Positions 36,926 through 39,416 of a stretch of DNA of 39,416 bases are shown piece after piece (the stretch's first letter is position 1; every line of letters begins with the position of its first letter). The position numbers and the translations under genes were made by a program. The DNA is taken from the NCBI GenBank assembly GCA_031459625.1, contig JAVKIH010000023.1, forward strand, positions 1 through 39,416. The letters run 5' to 3'. Source of the DNA: Candidatus Geohabitans tengchongensis. GTDB lineage: Bacteria; Sysuimicrobiota; Sysuimicrobiia; Sysuimicrobiales; Humicultoraceae. Below the pieces are notes generated by a model. It was not told where the DNA came from. It worked only from the letters and a program-made list of their open reading frames with translations, and searched no databases.

Positions 36926-37036
36926 CGCGCCCGTGACCGAGCCCGCGCTCGTGGCCGGGCCGCGCCAGCCAGTGGCCGGCCCCGTGCCGGTGGCTGGACC
37001 GCGCCGGTGGCCGAGCCCCGCGCCCGTGGCCGGTCG
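36926..37036. repeat. Six degenerate tandem repeats of ~17-22 bp, consensus CGCGCCSGTGGCCGRGC
   Basis: Units start at 36926, 36944, 36961, 36983, 37000 and 37019. Confidence 0.6.
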
Positions 37037-37124
37037 CCGTCGCTCGAGGAAGGTAGCCGGTTCTCCGGGCTAGGACGGGGGAGAGCGTGCGGCGCACAAT
37101 GACCGTGTTCCCCGGAACAGGCAG

Positions 37125-37492
37125 ATGCTGCGCTGGCGGACCGAGCAGGTCGAGGAGGTCACCGTCCTCGTCATCGAGGGGGAGATCGACATGACGAGCG
37201 CCCCCTCCTCCGCCACGTCCTGGACGGGCTGGATCGCAGTCGCCCGATCCTCCTGGATCTGAGCGGGATCGACTACCTGGACGCCAGAGGGGTACGCGTC
37301 CTGGAGGAGTTCTGCCAGACCTGCCGGCGCCTGCGCGTGCCCGTCGCCGTGTGCGCCGCCCCTACTGGCGTCCGGCGCGTGCTGGACGTGGTCGGCTTCG
37401 CCCGCATCGCTCCCGTCGCGTCATCGCAGGCGGAGGCCCTGACCGAACTGCGGCGCGAGGGCGGAGTCGAGCCCCCGGCCACGGCATCGTGA
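37125..37492 (+). pseudogene. Frameshifted STAS-domain anti-sigma-factor antagonist
   Basis: MLRWRTEQVEEVTVLVIEGEIDMTSAP; one base is missing at the C5 run 37201-37205; the other frame continues LLRHVLDGLDRSRPILLDLSGIDYLDARGVRVL...VRRVLDVVGF...EAL to TGA 37490-37492. Confidence 0.8.
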
Positions 37493-37510
37493 GGCGGCGA
37501 CGGTGCTGCG

Positions 37511-37798
37511 TCAGGGCCCCTGGTCGGTGCGGGCCGCCCGCCGCTCCGCGGGGGTGCCGCGCACGTCCTGGCTCAGGGCCGCCCTCAGTGCGTCGGGGTC
37601 GAAGGACAGGAAAACCTGTCCCGCCACGACGATCGCCGGACCGTCGAAGACCCCCATGCGCGCCAGCTCGCTGCGGGCCAGCGGGTCCTGGGTCAGGTCC
37701 CGCTCGGCAAACGGGACCTGATGCGCCTGGAGCCAGGCGCGCGCCTGGTCGCAGAAGGTGCACCCCGGCTGACGGTAGATCGTGACCGCAAGCCCCAT
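37511..37798 (-). CDS. Glutaredoxin/NrdH-like redoxin
   Basis: VTIYRQPGCTFCDQARAWL (CxxC), VPFAERD, PAIVV, FDPDAL. Confidence 0.85.
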   Translation of the reverse strand: MGLAVTIYRQPGCTFCDQARAWLQAHQVPFAERDLTQDPLARSELARMGVFDGPAIVVAGQVFLSFDPDALRAALSQDVRGTPAERRAARTDQGP

Positions 37799-37863
37799 CG
37801 CATCCAGAATGTTTCCCCGGTTGTCAGCCGTTCCTCACCTGTCCACCTGATGGCCGCCCCCGT

Positions 37864-38235
37864 TCACCTGATGGCCGCGCGCATCCGCTCCAGGTCCGGG
37901 GACCCGAGCACCAGGCGCGTGCGGGTGGCCAGGTAGGCCAGGTCGATGTTCACCCCGGCGTTGGCGATGCGCCGCGCCAGCTCCCCCAGCGCCCCCGGCC
38001 GGTCGACCACCTCCACGACCAGCACCTCCCGCGACGACTGGACGGGGATCCCGGCCTGCTCCAGCGCCCGGCGAGCGGCGGCAGCGTCCTCGACGAGGAG
38101 GTGAATGGTGCCCTGCCCTCCCCCGGTAGTGGCGGCGAGCCCCTCGATGTTCACGCCCGCACGCCCCAGCGCCTCGCCCACGTCGGCCAGCCGGCCGGGA
38201 CGGTCTTCTACGACGACCGTGAGATCCGTCGGCAT
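37864..38235 (-). CDS. Tandem ACT-domain protein
   Basis: Two ACT repeats: EDRPGRLADVGEALGRAGVNI and VDRPGALGELARRIANAGVNI; ATG 38235 with SD AAGGG. Confidence 0.88.
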   Translation of the reverse strand: MPTDLTVVVEDRPGRLADVGEALGRAGVNIEGLAATTGGGQGTIHLLVEDAAAARRALEQAGIPVQSSREVLVVEVVDRPGALGELARRIANAGVNIDLAYLATRTRLVLGSPDLERMRAAIR

Positions 38236-38375
38236 GCCCTTCCCCCCTTTGGCCGCCGCCCCGTCAGCCACCGACCGGGTCCGGGACGGCGAGTCTGGCA
38301 TCCGGGTCGAGACGATCTTCCATCCGGGGAGGCCGTGTCCCTCCGCCGGCCCTCAAGCCGCCCCGCCGAGCATGG

Positions 38376-38930
38376 CTAGTACTGGAGGGCGCGCAGCCGT
38401 GCAGGCAGGACGGGTGGGCGTGAGGACGGCCCCACCGTCCACGGTGTAGGGCGGCGCCTGCGCGACGGTGTGGACGTGGCCGGGCTCCGGACAGCCCGCG
38501 GGGCGAGCCTGGCGGAAGCGGCCGCACCGGGCGGCGCCAGGAAGGGGGCTGCGCCTACCAGCACCGTCCCCGCGAGCCTGACGAGGCCCACGGACCTCCG
38601 AGTACAGCCCGAGCCAGCGCAGGGAGGCCGTGGCCACCTCGATCGTGGCCAGCAGCGTGCCGCCGGCACCTGCGAGCACCGTGCCCAGAGCCGGCGAGGG
38701 GCTGCCAGGGAGCGGCGACCCCACTCCGCGTGCCGCTCTCGCCCCGGGTCGCGCGAGCGCCTGCACCGCCGCGCCAACGAACCCGGCGGCGGTCAGGACC
38801 CCCAGCGCGCGCGTCAGACCAGCCCCGCCGCCGCCAGCGGGGCGGCCACCTGGAGCCCCTGGGCGGCGGCGTGCTGCCAGACGGCGTCGCCCACCCCGAG
38901 GAGGGGCGCGGCAGCCCAGGGGCCCTTCAT
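38376..38930 (-). pseudogene. Probable degraded membrane-protein gene (multiple frameshifts)
   Basis: SD GAGGTG and ATG 38930 directly after the TAXI stop; stop after 38 aa; hydrophobic segments continue in other frames (LTRALGVLTAAGFVGAAVQ..., VGLVRLAGTVLVGAAPFL). The left boundary is approximate. Confidence 0.35.
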
Positions 38931-38945
38931 GCGGTGGGATTCACC

Positions 38946-39416
38946 TCACTGGATCCCGCGCTCCCGGTAGTAGCGCAGCGCACCGGCGTGCATGGTGATC
39001 GGCATGCCGCGCCGCGCCGTGGCCGGGCTGATGTCCTTGCCCCGCGCGTGCGCCGCCTGCAGGCGCTCCAGGTTCTCCCACAGCGCTTTGGTCAGGTTGT
39101 AGATGAGGTCCTCGGCCATCTCCTGGCGCGTGACCAGCATGGCCATCACCGCCGCCGTCTCCACCGGCGCGTCCTGCCCCCGGTAGGTGTTGGCGGGGAT
39201 GACGACCGGCGTGTAGTACGGGTAGCGGGTGGCCAGTTCCCCCACCACCGACCGGGGGATGGGCAGGAGCATCAGGTCGCGCACGGCGGCGATGTCCTGC
39301 ACCGCCGCGGTGGGGATGCCCGCGGTGATGAAGGCCGCGTCGATCACCCCGTCCTTCAGCTGGTCCGCCGCCTCCGCGAAGTTCAGGAAGTCCTCCCGGA
39401 TGTTGTAGTAGCCCAG
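38946..39416 (-). CDS. TAXI-family TRAP transporter solute receptor, C-terminal part (5' end outside the window)
   Basis: EAADQLKDGVIDAAFITAGIPTAAV, IPANTYRGQ, IYNLTKALWEN, MHAGALRYYRE motifs. Confidence 0.9.
   Translation of the reverse strand: MGYYNIREDFLNFAEAADQLKDGVIDAAFITAGIPTAAVQDIAAVRDLMLLPIPRSVVGELATRYPYYTPVVIPANTYRGQDAPVETAAVMAMLVTRQEMAEDLIYNLTKALWENLERLQAAHARGKDISPATARRGMPITMHAGALRYYRERGIQ

Noticed and set aside
37106..37119. Inverted repeat TGTTCC-cc-GGAACA considered as a LexA box
   Set aside because: Orientation is opposite to the Gram-positive GAAC-N4-GTTC box, and it is too short to call otherwise.

Overview
A very GC-rich, gene-dense bacterial window. It contains no rRNA, tRNA, CRISPR array or transposase that I can support. 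Four blocks are visible. (1) 1-20961 is a small organic acid/alcohol/aldehyde catabolic region: malate synthase, glcDEF, a Zn-dependent ADH, a Liv-type ABC transporter, an acyl-CoA synthetase, an ALDH, lutA and a lutB-lutC fusion. Its ABC system is split into two convergent halves by an intact AbrB-VapC toxin-antitoxin pair and carries two uncharacterised genes: a Cys-motif membrane protein and a ~770-aa secreted family-5-SBP-like protein. A tiny vapBC relic sits between glcF and the ADH, and a 9-codon bridging ORF links livM to livG. (2) 21096-28828 is a GntR-controlled cassette of unknown substrate: SBP5, two permeases without an ATPase, Gfo/Idh/MocA, PPOX-like, MBL and M20 genes, with a perfect operator palindrome. 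(3) 28894-35613 is a minus-strand run of glgP, glgA, glycerate kinase and small conserved genes. (4) 35833-39416 looks like a decaying zone: a Na/Pi-symporter-like gene with a probable internal deletion, tandem repeats, a frameshifted STAS gene, glutaredoxin, an ACT protein, a broken membrane ORF and the 3' end of a TAXI SBP. All calls come from motif recognition by eye; no database searches were run.
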